Shown: positions 1 through 9,712 of the stretch, in pieces
How the letters are laid out: each line of letters starts with the position of its first letter
Numbering within the stretch: position 1 is the first letter of the stretch
From: an uncultured Verrucomicrobiae bacterium
Lineage (GTDB): Bacteria; Verrucomicrobiota; Verrucomicrobiia; Chthoniobacterales; JAFAMB01
Length of the DNA stretch: 64,000 nucleotides
Direction: 5' to 3'
Assembly: GCA_963837955.1 (NCBI GenBank)
Contig: CAWIPH010000002.1
Location: forward strand, 2,112,001-2,176,000
Translations under genes and position numbers: made by a program
Notes under the pieces: generated by a model
Told to the model about the DNA's origin: nothing
The model's database searches: none
What the model saw: the letters and a program-made list of their open reading frames with translations, nothing else

Positions 1-31
1 TGAACACTGGGTGCTAATCCGCTCATTTCCG

Positions 32-1141
32 CTATCTTGCCGCGGCCACCCGATCGGTGAACGTCGGATCGATCAACTCGTTAGTGATCTTCTCTACGTC
101 GGTATTTGCATCGACGATCCCGTTCGCCTTCAAGACGTTAGCCGAATCCAAGATCACTTGCCTTTGATTCGGGCCTATATTCGAGTCATTGAGATTGGTG
201 CGCTCCCAGACCTTCGCAGCCACCTGCTGAGTCAGTTGAGCGGTTTTTTGTAAAATCGCTCGCGCTTCCTCTGGATGCTCCAAGCACCAAAGCCGCGCCT
301 TTTCGTACTCCCGCAGAACGCGTTCCGTCACGTCAGGGTGTTCTAAAGCAAAGGCCTCCCGTACGTTTAAGACACCGAAACTGTTCCAGTCTGCATGCCG
401 GAAGAACAGCTTGAATCCTTCGGTCACTTCCAGTTGGGCCATATAAGGATCAAGGCCAGCCCAAGCGTCAACTTCTTGACGCTCGAGCGCGGTCTTGCCA
501 TCCGAATGCTGCAGCGGGACAATTTCGATATCCTTCTCGGTAAGGCCGGCGGATGCGAGTGATCGAAGAAGAAAAATATGCGGGTCGGTTCCTCGAGTGA
601 CGGCGACACGCTTTCCGCGTAGGTCCTCGATACGCGAGATCCTGGAGGTAGGGCTGATCACAAGCGCCGTCCATTCGGATGCAGCATATACGTAGATGGC
701 CTTAATCGGATTGCCGTTGGCGCGCCCGATAAATGCGGCTGCTCCAGCCGTAGACCCGAAATCGATGCTCTTACCACGAAGAAATTCGAGCGCTTTGTTA
801 CTACCCAGGCTTTGAACCCATTCGACTCCGATCCCGCTTGGGCGCAGGTCTTCTTCGAGCCAGCCCTTTTCCTTAAGAACGAGGCTCACTGGGTTGTAAT
901 AGGCCCAATCGAGTCTCACTTGATCTACTTGCCCAGCTTGTGCCGATGTCTGCGGAGCGAGCAGGATAACCGAGCCGAGTAAAGACGCTGTCCAAGGGGG
1001 CCACTGAAACAACCCCGGTTTTCCAGGCGTCTTGCAGGCGGCGATGAAACGGTGGAGACCGTAAAAAAGAATACTGATTTGATAGGGTTTCATCTGGGCC
1101 AAGGTGCGAGCAGAGCTGCTCGAAAGCAAGATATTTCCCAT
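32..1141 (-). CDS. ssuA: Aliphatic sulfonate ABC transporter substrate-binding protein (start may lie downstream)
   Basis: SsuA-type motifs RLDWAYYNPVSLVLKEKGWLEE, SLGSNKALEFL, DLRGKRVAVTRGTDPHIFLLR, VDAWAGLDPY; sits beside sulfur-scavenging genes. Confidence 0.88.
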   Translation of the reverse strand: MGNILLSSSSARTLAQMKPYQISILFYGLHRFIAACKTPGKPGLFQWPPWTASLLGSVILLAPQTSAQAGQVDQVRLDWAYYNPVSLVLKEKGWLEEDLRPSGIGVEWVQSLGSNKALEFLRGKSIDFGSTAGAAAFIGRANGNPIKAIYVYAASEWTALVISPTSRISRIEDLRGKRVAVTRGTDPHIFLLRSLASAGLTEKDIEIVPLQHSDGKTALERQEVDAWAGLDPYMAQLEVTEGFKLFFRHADWNSFGVLNVREAFALEHPDVTERVLREYEKARLWCLEHPEEARAILQKTAQLTQQVAAKVWERTNLNDSNIGPNQRQVILDSANVLKANGIVDANTDVEKITNELIDPTFTDRVAAAR

Positions 1142-1182
1142 GGGAAACTAGGGCATTGACCCGTAGTCGGTTCTAATTTAAA

Positions 1183-1203
1183 GCCTACTATGTCAGTAGA
1201 CAT
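1183..1203. promoter_or_regulatory. Putative operator, imperfect palindrome GCCTACTATGTCAGTAGACAT (Rrf2/CymR-like box)
   Basis: Matches the reverse complement of 8231-8251 at 18/21; both copies lie at 5' ends of sulfur-acquisition transcription units. Confidence 0.6.
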
Positions 1204-2590
1204 AAAATCCGAAGAAACCGCTCCACAGGTCTCGGTTGACCGGCGTTCGCCCCTCGAGCGCCTAACTTCTTTTTTTGTCCAGCTGTTCGAACGCTACACT
1301 CCCGATCCCTATATCTTGGCCGTCGGATTGACCATTCTGACGGCGATACTGGCGGCTTTTTTTGCGCCCAAAGGATCACTGCCCACGATTCTTACGGGAT
1401 GGTATGCCGGCTTGTTCAGCATATTGGCATTCGCGTTCCAGGTGTTGCTGATTTTGGTGGCGGGGTACGCGCTCTCGACCTCTCGACCGATTCGATCGCT
1501 CTTGAGCTGGCTTGCGTCTATTGGGTCTACCCCGCGTCGCGCCATCGTCGTGACGATCGTGACGGTTTTCATCGCATCGTTCTTGAATTGGGGATTTGGT
1601 CTAGTCGTCGCGGGTTTACTCACGCGAGAGATCGCCAAACGGATTCGGATCGACTTCGGATGGCTGGTCGGGGGCGCCTATTCTGGGTGGATGATTTTTT
1701 CGAGCGGATTCTCCAGTTCGATCGCGCTGTCACAAGCCACTCCTGGCTCAAGTTTGAATATTGTGCAGAAAATCACCGGCCAGGTATTGCCGCTGGAATC
1801 GATGCTTTTTACTCCCCTGAATTTGGCAACAACGTTTGTTTTGTTCATCGCGTTGCCGTTTCTTTTTGTAGCTATCCAACCTGGTGAGAGCGGTGCTCAG
1901 GTTGCCAACCTCAAGGATTCAGCGGCCGAGGATCAGGAGAGATCACCGGAAACGATGGGACCGCGAACGTTCGCGCGGAAGCTGGAAGAAGCCTGGATCT
2001 TGAATGTGATCTTTGTAGTGGCCGGGATTGCAGCCCTCGGATTTATCTGGCACGAAAACGGATTCTCTCTGGATATCAATTCGGTCATTTTTCTGTTTCT
2101 CATTGCAGGACTGCTCTTGCACTGGCGACCCATTGCTTACGTCGAAGCGATTAACAACGCGGCGCGAATTACCGGTCCGTTGATTCTCCAATATCCAATC
2201 TACGGAGGGATTATGGGGATCATGACTAGCACCGGCTTAGCCGATGTTTTAGCGAAAGGCTTTATTCAGTTTGCGAACGCCCATACCTTACCGTTTTGGA
2301 ATTTTATTGCGTCGTTAATTATCAGCCTGTTTGTGCCAAGTGCAGGTGGTCATTGGGCGGTGCAAGGGCCGTTTACCGTGCCCGCAGCGGTCGGGTTGCA
2401 TGCCTCGCAAGCCGCGACGGCGATGGGTGTGGCCTATGGGGAACAGGTAGCCGACATGATTCAACCCTTCTGGGCATTGCCGGTGGTTGCGGTCGCCGGA
2501 ATAAGCATACGGCGAGTGATGGGGTTCACCGTGATGAGTTTTCTTCTCGGTGTTGTATTGTTTGGAGCAGCGTTACTTATCTTTGTCTAA
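1190..2590 (+). CDS. atoE: AtoE-family (short-chain fatty acid type) membrane transporter
   Basis: Polytopic hydrophobic protein with ERYTPDPYILA, NWGFGLVV, LFVPSAGGHWAVQGP and MIQPFWALP motifs typical of AtoE. Confidence 0.85.
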   Translation: MSVDIKSEETAPQVSVDRRSPLERLTSFFVQLFERYTPDPYILAVGLTILTAILAAFFAPKGSLPTILTGWYAGLFSILAFAFQVLLILVAGYALSTSRPIRSLLSWLASIGSTPRRAIVVTIVTVFIASFLNWGFGLVVAGLLTREIAKRIRIDFGWLVGGAYSGWMIFSSGFSSSIALSQATPGSSLNIVQKITGQVLPLESMLFTPLNLATTFVLFIALPFLFVAIQPGESGAQVANLKDSAAEDQERSPETMGPRTFARKLEEAWILNVIFVVAGIAALGFIWHENGFSLDINSVIFLFLIAGLLLHWRPIAYVEAINNAARITGPLILQYPIYGGIMGIMTSTGLADVLAKGFIQFANAHTLPFWNFIASLIISLFVPSAGGHWAVQGPFTVPAAVGLHASQAATAMGVAYGEQVADMIQPFWALPVVAVAGISIRRVMGFTVMSFLLGVVLFGAALLIFV

Positions 2591-2652
2591 GTCGGCACCA
2601 CAAACAGATGGCAGTCGCATTATCGCAGATTACTCTAAAACATAATTTCAGT

Positions 2653-3837
2653 ATGGCGGAAGCGCATCGAATCAGGAGCGAACAGGAAGCGTTGGAAGCT
2701 GCTCGTCGCGTTGCCGAACAAATCCGGCCAGGATCAGCGGCTCGCGATAAGGACCGGCGATTGCCGTTTGAGGAAATTGAATGGTTTTCTCAGAGCGGAC
2801 TTTGGGGGATCACCGTGCCCAAAGAATATGGGGGTGCCGGCGTATCCACTGCGACTTTCGCAGAGGTCGTCGCCATCATTTCCGAGGCGGACGCTTCTTT
2901 GGGACAGATTCCTCAGAATCACTATGCCAACGTAGAAGAGATTCGACTGGTGGGCAGCGAAGCGCAGAAAGCTTTTTTCTTCGAGCGGATTCTAAAAGGA
3001 GATCGCCTAGGGAATGCGGCGGTCGAGCGTTCAGGAAAAACTGTCTTGGAGAATCAGACGCGACTTGTGCCGGACGGGGATGGTTATCTACTGAGTGGCG
3101 AAAAATTTTACTGCACCGGTGCACTCTTCGCAGATTGGGTGCCCGTTCGGGTGACCGATCTTGATGGAAACAGGGTTGTAGCAATTGTTAGTCGGCGAAG
3201 TGAAGGCCTCACCGTGGTTGATGACTGGTCGAGCTTTGGGCAACGAACCACCGCAAGCGGGACCGTCATCCTCAAGGACGTACATGTAACCAAAGATCAG
3301 ATCTTGTGTTCCTATCAGGCATATAGGCAGCCGACTACTCGTGGTCCGTTTTCGCAAATTATCCATGTTGCGATTGATATCGGGATTGCCAGGGCGGCGA
3401 TCAGCGAAACGGTCCGGCTCGTCAGAACTCAATCGCGACCATGGATTGATGCAAACGTAGAGCGCGCTAGCGAAGACCCGCTGACGATTCATCAGATCGG
3501 AGAGCTTCATTATCAGTTGCATGGCGCGGAAGCTCTCATGGAAAGAGCCGCATCGAAGGTTGACCGAGCCGCCGCGGTTCTGGGCGAAGCAACGGTCACT
3601 ATAGCCGCACTCGCGGTGGCAGAGGCAAAAATAGCGGCGACCGAAATCGCGATTCTGGCGACGAACAAACTGTTCGAGTTAGCTGGGACCCAATCCACTT
3701 TGGAGAAATACCAATTGGATCGCCACTGGCGGAATGCGCGGGTTCATACCCTCCATGACCCAGTCCGGTGGAAGTATCATGCAATTGGAAACTACTATCT
3801 GAATGACATTGCGCCGCCGCGTCATGCCTGGCTATGA
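2653..3837 (+). CDS. SfnB/DszC-like acyl-CoA dehydrogenase-fold sulfur-acquisition oxidoreductase
   Basis: SGLWGITVPKEYGG, DDWSSFGQRTTASGTV, LDRHWRNARVHTLHDPVRWKYH; start placed at the ATG at 2653, after the transporter stop. Confidence 0.88.
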   Translation: MAEAHRIRSEQEALEAARRVAEQIRPGSAARDKDRRLPFEEIEWFSQSGLWGITVPKEYGGAGVSTATFAEVVAIISEADASLGQIPQNHYANVEEIRLVGSEAQKAFFFERILKGDRLGNAAVERSGKTVLENQTRLVPDGDGYLLSGEKFYCTGALFADWVPVRVTDLDGNRVVAIVSRRSEGLTVVDDWSSFGQRTTASGTVILKDVHVTKDQILCSYQAYRQPTTRGPFSQIIHVAIDIGIARAAISETVRLVRTQSRPWIDANVERASEDPLTIHQIGELHYQLHGAEALMERAASKVDRAAAVLGEATVTIAALAVAEAKIAATEIAILATNKLFELAGTQSTLEKYQLDRHWRNARVHTLHDPVRWKYHAIGNYYLNDIAPPRHAWL

Positions 3838-5189
3838 GGAAGGAAATTCGGTTCAACGCATTTGCGATGAATTGCGTGGGACACATGGCGCCTGGTCTCT
3901 GGCGCCACCCGAGAGATCGCTCGGATCGATACATAGACTTGAATCATTGGACCGAGCTGGCTCAATTATTAGAGCGCGGTAAGTTTGATGGTCTGTTCCT
4001 GGCAGATGTCCTCGGGCCATATGACGTTTACCGCGGGAGCGCCGATGCAGCGATTCATAGTGCAATCCAGATCCCGGTAAATGATCCACTCCTGATCGTG
4101 TCAGCGATGGCTGGTGTCACGCAACATCTAGGGTTCGGGGTGACCTGTGCGCTGACCTATGAACATCCGTACCCTTTCGCTCGCAGAGCCTCCACCCTGG
4201 ATCATCTGACCAAAGGTCGATTTGCCTGGAACATTGTTTCCGGTTACCTGGATAGTGCTGCCCGGAATTTTGGTCTCGATCAACAGACCCAGCACGATGA
4301 CCGGTATGAGTTGGCTGAAGAATACCTGGAGGTTTGTTATAAGCTTTGGGAGCGGAGCTGGGGAAATGACGCCGTCAAACGGGATCGAAAGAGTGGAATC
4401 TTCGCGGATCCGAGCAAGGTCCGGGGCATCGGTCACTCCGGAAAATATTTTAAGGTCCCTGGCTTCAACCTGAGTGAGCCTTCACCTCAACGGACGCCGG
4501 TACTCTATCAGGCTGGGGCGTCGCGGCGCGGAAAAGATTTTGCCGCAAAACATGCGGAATGCGTATTCGTGTCAGGCCCGTCCGCGGCCATAGTGAAAAA
4601 ATATGTTCAGGATCTGCGGCAGCGCGCAACGGAGCTCGGTCGGGGACAGATTCTCGTCTTCGCCATGTTTACCATCATCGTGGCTCCTACCGAAAGCGAG
4701 GCCGCGGAGAAGCTGCATGAATATCGGTCGTACATCGACCATGAAGGCGCGTTGGCCTTGATGTCCGGATGGACCGGCGTCGACCTGAGCGCGTATGACC
4801 TGGATGAGGAGTTGCGTCCGACCAAAACCAACGCCAACCAGTCCGCGCTTGAATCGTTCACGGTAAGCGACCCTAACCGTCGTTGGAAGATCAGGGAGAT
4901 TGCCGAGTTTGTCGGGCTGGGCGGACGCGGTCCGGTAGTAGCCGGGTCCACGGAACGGGTCGCGGACCTGCTCGAACAGTGGGTAGAGGAGACCGATGTT
5001 GATGGATTCAATTTAACCTACGCTGTGATGCCGGAGACCTACGAACATATCGTCGACCTGCTGGTTCCGGAACTTCAACGTCGCGGTGTGTACAAAAAGG
5101 AATATCGACCCGGGCCGCTGCGAGAGAAGCTGTTTCACCAAGGTCCCTATTTGCCCGTAACCCATCCAGGGCGACGAGTGATGGAGTGA
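3834..5189 (+). CDS. NtaA/SnaA/DszA-family FMNH2-dependent monooxygenase
   Basis: LERGKFDGLFLADVLG, TLDHLTKGRFAWNIVSGYL, EPSPQRTPVLYQAGAS; ATGA overlap with the upstream gene. Confidence 0.9.
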   Translation: MRKEIRFNAFAMNCVGHMAPGLWRHPRDRSDRYIDLNHWTELAQLLERGKFDGLFLADVLGPYDVYRGSADAAIHSAIQIPVNDPLLIVSAMAGVTQHLGFGVTCALTYEHPYPFARRASTLDHLTKGRFAWNIVSGYLDSAARNFGLDQQTQHDDRYELAEEYLEVCYKLWERSWGNDAVKRDRKSGIFADPSKVRGIGHSGKYFKVPGFNLSEPSPQRTPVLYQAGASRRGKDFAAKHAECVFVSGPSAAIVKKYVQDLRQRATELGRGQILVFAMFTIIVAPTESEAAEKLHEYRSYIDHEGALALMSGWTGVDLSAYDLDEELRPTKTNANQSALESFTVSDPNRRWKIREIAEFVGLGGRGPVVAGSTERVADLLEQWVEETDVDGFNLTYAVMPETYEHIVDLLVPELQRRGVYKKEYRPGPLREKLFHQGPYLPVTHPGRRVME

Positions 5190-5249
5190 CGGCGTGATGG
5201 GAGGGATCGCGTCCTCGCGATCCGCCGCTGAAAGCGCGCGACAATCGCT

Positions 5250-5729
5250 TCATTCTTCACCGTCATAGTACTCCACCGGTTCGGAGCGAATCACTCTGCG
5301 CTCGGGCGAACGCACGATCCATTTCTGGCTGTCCGGAAAATAGTTAGACTCGCCAATCGGATTGTCCGCCACGACGTAAAGGATGAGATCTTGCGTGCCG
5401 TCGTTGATGAGCTGGTGGGGTTGGCCGGGCTCGAAGACAAATGCGTCGCCAGCTTCGATTGCAGTCGTTCCATCCTCATGCCGGACGCTGCCGTTGCCCG
5501 AGATCACGTGATAAAATTCCCATTGCACACTATGAGAGTGATAGGGGTAAGGGGTCTTGCCCGGAGGGATGCGACAGATCTCGATATCAAAGGGATGCCG
5601 TTCCTTGAGGTCCGTCGATTGGGGGTTACGTCCCAAAGCTTCTGAGACTTGTTTGCCAGCACCGACGAACTTTCCTTTTGGCGAAGACCAGGAAATCTCG
5701 GGCATATCTTTCGTGTTGATCTTACGCAT
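5250..5729 (-). CDS. Cupin domain protein
   Basis: PYHSHSVQWEFYHVISGNG and PGQPHQLINDG cupin motifs; start MRKINTKD at 5729. Confidence 0.8.
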   Translation of the reverse strand: MRKINTKDMPEISWSSPKGKFVGAGKQVSEALGRNPQSTDLKERHPFDIEICRIPPGKTPYPYHSHSVQWEFYHVISGNGSVRHEDGTTAIEAGDAFVFEPGQPHQLINDGTQDLILYVVADNPIGESNYFPDSQKWIVRSPERRVIRSEPVEYYDGEE

Positions 5730-5950
5730 ACTTTTTTCGCCTGACGATCCCAGCAGATCCAAAGACCACGACGCTGTCAACGGCCGTTTCTACATCCGAA
5801 ATAATCGGGAAGAATGGAGAGTTTGAACGGTAGCGCCGACAGTCCTGTTGTATCCCATGATCCGCCGAGCTTGAGACGCTTGCGCGAAGCGATTGGCTCA
5901 ACGCTTCTACAAATCGCAGTCGCCGTCGTGTTGTGGGAGTCGGGACGAAT

Positions 5951-6019
5951 GGCTCAAACCCGGCGTGCGCAACGTATGAGTGTGAGACGCCCAAAGTACG
6001 CCGAGGTTTTCGCCCTACC
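5951..6019 (-). repeat. Partial copy of repeat family D
   Basis: Reverse complement reads GGTAGGGCGAAAACCTCGGCG...CGCCGGGTTTGAGCC, as in 28744-28938 and 53321-53516. Confidence 0.7.
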
Positions 6020-6042
6020 GATCGTGGGCTAACGACACGCCA

Positions 6043-7158
6043 TCACTTCACCGGCTTTAAATCCCCAAACGGACCGACGTAAGAAGTCGCCGTCTGTTTG
6101 GGCAAATGGTCGATTGGCAGGAGAGGGAAGAGAAGTTCAGCGACCCGGTACGCCTCCTCTAGATGAGGGTATCCCGACAGGATGAAAGTCTCGATTCCGA
6201 GGTCGGCGTACTCTTTCAGTCTCGCTGCAACTGTTTCCGGATCTCCGACCAGCGCGGTGCCTGCTCCACCTCGGAGCAAACCGACTCCGGCCCAAAGATT
6301 CGGGGCAATCTCCAGGCAATCGCGCTGACCACCATGGAGTTGGACCATGCGTTTCTGTCCTTCCGAATCGAAACGGGAAAACGTCTTCTGTGCAGCTTCG
6401 ATACTTTCGTCCGAAACATAACGCAAAAGGTCGTTGGCAGCTTCCCACGCTTTCTCTTCGGTCTCGCGCACGATGATGTGTACTCGCAAACCGAAACGGA
6501 GCGATCGACCGAAAGATGCAGCCGCTTCTCTGGCTGCGTCGATTTTGGCAGCCACATCGGCCGGCGGTTCGCCCCAGGTGAGATAGACATCAACATGCTC
6601 ACCAGCTATCCGTTGACCCGCTGGGGATGAGCCTCCAAACCAGAGTTCCGGGTACGGTTTCTGAACCCCGGGCCGGAAAAGCTTGGCATCCTGAACCTGC
6701 AGATAGGACCCGGCAAAGTCGACCGACTCCCCAGCCAGCACACGCCGAAAGATGTGGAGAAACTCGCCGGTCAGTTCATACCGTTGATCGTGTTTGAGAT
6801 GCAGTCCGTCACCAGCCAGTTCGACTGGATCACCGCCCGCAACCACATTGATCAGCAATCTGCCGTTTGAGAATTGGTCAAACGTTGCCACCATCCGCGC
6901 GGTAATCGTCGGCGTCATGAGGCCGGGCCTGATCGCGATTAGGAAACGCATCTTCTGGGTGGCCGGAATTAGCGCGGCCGCAACGATCCAAGAGTCATCG
7001 CAGGTGCGCCCAGTGGGCAACAGCGCGCCGTAATAGCCGAGCGAATCGACAGCCTCAGCAATCTGGCGGAGATAAACAAAATTCGTTTCTCGCGCGCCTT
7101 GGATGGCGCCGAGATAGCGACCGTCCCCGAATGTGGGAAGGAACCAAAGTAGTTTCAT
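6043..7158 (-). CDS. ssuD: FMNH2-dependent alkanesulfonate monooxygenase
   Basis: [65 protein letters not shown]. Confidence 0.93.
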   Translation of the reverse strand: MKLLWFLPTFGDGRYLGAIQGARETNFVYLRQIAEAVDSLGYYGALLPTGRTCDDSWIVAAALIPATQKMRFLIAIRPGLMTPTITARMVATFDQFSNGRLLINVVAGGDPVELAGDGLHLKHDQRYELTGEFLHIFRRVLAGESVDFAGSYLQVQDAKLFRPGVQKPYPELWFGGSSPAGQRIAGEHVDVYLTWGEPPADVAAKIDAAREAAASFGRSLRFGLRVHIIVRETEEKAWEAANDLLRYVSDESIEAAQKTFSRFDSEGQKRMVQLHGGQRDCLEIAPNLWAGVGLLRGGAGTALVGDPETVAARLKEYADLGIETFILSGYPHLEEAYRVAELLFPLLPIDHLPKQTATSYVGPFGDLKPVK

Positions 7159-8216
7159 TGGGCGTGAGCGGTTGATGTTCCTGACGGCAGGCGCAATACA
7201 GCGTCTGCGACATTCACCTGCTTAGGAATCAGTTTCAGCGAATAGAAGGTATCCGCGATGGCTTGTTGATCGGAAACGACTTGATCGCTGATTGATTGAA
7301 AACCCCACGATTGGCGCCGGACAACAATGTTGATTACCTCTTCACTCATCCCTAGTTGCGGGGCGAGATAACGGACGATTTCATCCGGTTTGGCTGCTGT
7401 CCAAATAGCGCATCGATCGATAGCGTCGCGCAGAGAGAGCAGGATGTCTGGATGTACCTGAGAAAAATTTCTATCCGCCAGGAAGAATTCGCGGTTAGCG
7501 ATGATGTTCTCGCCATCTTGCACAATCCTCGCTCCGGTTTTCGCGATGGCCGCTGTTAAGAACGGATCCCAGATTGCCCATGCGTCAACGCTCCCGCCTT
7601 CGAAGGCAGCCCAGGCGTCGGAAGGTGGCAGGTAGGTAGGAGTGATATCCTCGAGTTTCAATCCATTCTTTTCCAAGACTTTGACCAGGAAAAAATGGAC
7701 GTTAGACCCCTTGTTTAGCACGATCCGCTTGCCGCGGAGGTCCCGAACATTATGGACCGGAGAATCGTTCTTTACTAAAAGAGCCTCACCTTTTGGGTAG
7801 GGAGGCTGGTTGCCGAAATAGACAAAATTCACGCCCGCTGCCTGCGCGAAAACCGGTGGCGCCTCGCCGGCGTTCCCAAAATCAATACTGCCGGCATTCA
7901 ATGCTTCCATCAACGCTGGGCCAGCCGTGAAAAGAATCCAGGTAACTTTCACTCCTTTGGCAGACAAAGATTTCTCGAAACTGCCCTCCGCCTTAACCAC
8001 ATTGAGCGTGCCGTATTTCTGATAACCGATGCGTACGGCTGAAGGTTGATTACTCTCGGCATGGGCCAGGGTACCAAAGAGCACCATGGCGAACCCAAAC
8101 CAAAGACTGGTAGGGCGAAACACGCCATTGAGCGACAGCGAGATCAGGCGTGTGAGCCAAACGAACTGGCCGTAAGAGCTCACAGCCCGGCGATTCACGA
8201 TTTCGGCGGCAGACAT
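7155..8216 (-). CDS. ssuA: Aliphatic sulfonate ABC transporter substrate-binding protein
   Basis: [48 protein letters not shown]; overlaps the ssuD start. Confidence 0.9.
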   Translation of the reverse strand: MSAAEIVNRRAVSSYGQFVWLTRLISLSLNGVFRPTSLWFGFAMVLFGTLAHAESNQPSAVRIGYQKYGTLNVVKAEGSFEKSLSAKGVKVTWILFTAGPALMEALNAGSIDFGNAGEAPPVFAQAAGVNFVYFGNQPPYPKGEALLVKNDSPVHNVRDLRGKRIVLNKGSNVHFFLVKVLEKNGLKLEDITPTYLPPSDAWAAFEGGSVDAWAIWDPFLTAAIAKTGARIVQDGENIIANREFFLADRNFSQVHPDILLSLRDAIDRCAIWTAAKPDEIVRYLAPQLGMSEEVINIVVRRQSWGFQSISDQVVSDQQAIADTFYSLKLIPKQVNVADAVLRLPSGTSTAHAQ

Positions 8217-8230
8217 ACTCGGATCGAAAT

Positions 8231-8287
8231 ATGTCTACTGATTCAGTAGGCAATTCAACCAAAAAAGCCTACTTTATTAGTATAGTT
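8231..8287. promoter_or_regulatory. Two putative operator boxes upstream of ssuA-ssuD
   Basis: ATGTCTACTGATTCAGTAGGC (8231-8251) and a weaker copy GCCTACTTTATTAGTATAGTT (8267-8287) resemble the box at 1183-1203. Confidence 0.55.
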
Positions 8288-8313
8288 ACGGCTCTGTGCG
8301 TTGAAATAGCAAA

Positions 8314-8371
8314 GTAGCCTGATGCAGCGTAGCCTGAGCCGGGAGCATCAGGCTACGCTGCATCAGCCTAC
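8314..8371. repeat. Minimal copy of repeat family A (GTAGCCTGAT...ATCAGGCTAC-type palindrome)
   Basis: 24-bp arms (23/24 complementary) around a 10-nt loop; contains the tetR stop codon. Confidence 0.8.
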
Positions 8372-9015
8372 CTCGTTCGCTTCCGCTTCCACGGTGCTAG
8401 CCGATTCTGCAAGTAGCTGCTAAGCACGAATTCCATCTCTTCCATCACGGCTTTAGCATCTCGGCGGGGGACATGCTGGCTCAGGGCGTTCGCGGCTTTG
8501 GCCAACTGCACGGTCACATCGGCGATATGTCGCAGCCGTTCCGCCGGTATATTTGGCGCGAAGACTTGCAAGAAGCGTTGGACGTTTCGGGTAAAGATCG
8601 CTCGGGCCTCGGCCCGGAGACTTGGACGCGAGAATAATGAAGTAGACTCAATCAGTTCGGAAAAGGCTGGGCGCTCCCGGAAGAATTCGATGCGATCGAC
8701 GATCAATGCGTGGGCAAATTCTTTGAGGTCCATGCTCGCCATCCGTTCATCGAAATCTTCCCATAACGCCGACATTTCGCTGAGGTAACGGGAGAGAAGG
8801 CCCTCCGCGACTGCTTCTTTGCTGGGAAAGAATTGGTAGAGAGATCCGATCGGTGCCCCAGCCTTTTCGGCGATGGAGCTCATGGTGGCTGCGCGGTATC
8901 CGGTTTGCGCAAAAACCTCGGCGGCAGCTGCTAAGAGGGCAGCCACCCGGCGTTCGCCCCTTTTCTGACGCGGTTGCTTAGGTTGAGCATTTGACAAATA
9001 TGAGGGAGGCGTCAT
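8368..9015 (-). CDS. TetR/AcrR-family transcriptional regulator
   Basis: N-terminal HTH LLAAAAEVFAQTGYRAATMSSIAEKAGAPIGSLYQFFPSKEAV. Confidence 0.92.
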   Translation of the reverse strand: MTPPSYLSNAQPKQPRQKRGERRVAALLAAAAEVFAQTGYRAATMSSIAEKAGAPIGSLYQFFPSKEAVAEGLLSRYLSEMSALWEDFDERMASMDLKEFAHALIVDRIEFFRERPAFSELIESTSLFSRPSLRAEARAIFTRNVQRFLQVFAPNIPAERLRHIADVTVQLAKAANALSQHVPRRDAKAVMEEMEFVLSSYLQNRLAPWKRKRTR

Positions 9016-9048
9016 GTTTATTTGAAATATGAGGAAGTCATCATGTTT
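8996..9048. promoter_or_regulatory. Tandem TetR-type operators AAATATGA-N8-TCATGTTT
   Basis: Two 24-bp imperfect palindromes (8996-9019, 9025-9048) in the divergent tetR/hydrolase region; a TTGACA at 8991-8996 abuts the first. Confidence 0.65.
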
Positions 9049-9133
9049 TGCCCGACCGCGATGGGGTAAAGCGTCAGGTTAAATGAATCACGCCAGTCGT
9101 TTTTAGAGAACACTCCAACATACGGAGAATATC

Positions 9134-9712
9134 ATGACATCATTAAGACTTTTTCCCAAGTCGACAGCGCTGGTGCTTATCGATCTGCAAAAAGGGATCA
9201 CCAGTTTCCCGGTCGAACCGCGCCCCAGCAGCCAGGTCATCGAAAACGCGGCTGCGCTGGCCAGCCGGTTCCGCGAGTTTGCTGCTCCCGTTTTCCTGGT
9301 TAGAGTCGCTTTCCCCACCGGAGCGGCAGCGCTTAATCTTGTCACCGACGCAAAGGCGCCCCTGCCGCCTGCTGAACCGGAGGGATGGTGTGAACCGGCC
9401 CTCCCGCCGCAAGAAAATGACGTCCTGATTCTGAAACGGCACTGGGGCGCCTTCTACGGAACCGAACTGGATCTGCAATTGAGACGCCGGCATATCGATA
9501 CGATCGTGCTCGGTGGGATCGCGACAAATTTCGGAGTAGAATCGACCGCTCGTATTGCCAACGAGTTCGGATACCAGCAAGTCTTCGTGGAAGATGCCAT
9601 GGCGAGTTTCAGTAAAGTGAACCATGATTTTGCGGTACAGAATATCTTCCCGCGCCTGGGCCGTGTCCGGACCACCGCTGAAGTTTTGCAGGCATTGAGG
9701 GAGAACAGTTGA
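9134..9712 (+). CDS. Isochorismatase-family hydrolase (YecD-like)
   Basis: TALVLIDLQKG, KRHWGAFYGTELDLQLRRR, GIATNFGVESTAR. Confidence 0.9.
   Translation: MTSLRLFPKSTALVLIDLQKGITSFPVEPRPSSQVIENAAALASRFREFAAPVFLVRVAFPTGAAALNLVTDAKAPLPPAEPEGWCEPALPPQENDVLILKRHWGAFYGTELDLQLRRRHIDTIVLGGIATNFGVESTARIANEFGYQQVFVEDAMASFSKVNHDFAVQNIFPRLGRVRTTAEVLQALRENS

Noticed and set aside
2296..2652. N-terminal extension of the 513-aa SfnB-like ORF
   Set aside because: Overlaps the AtoE-like gene out of frame; family similarity begins near 2653.
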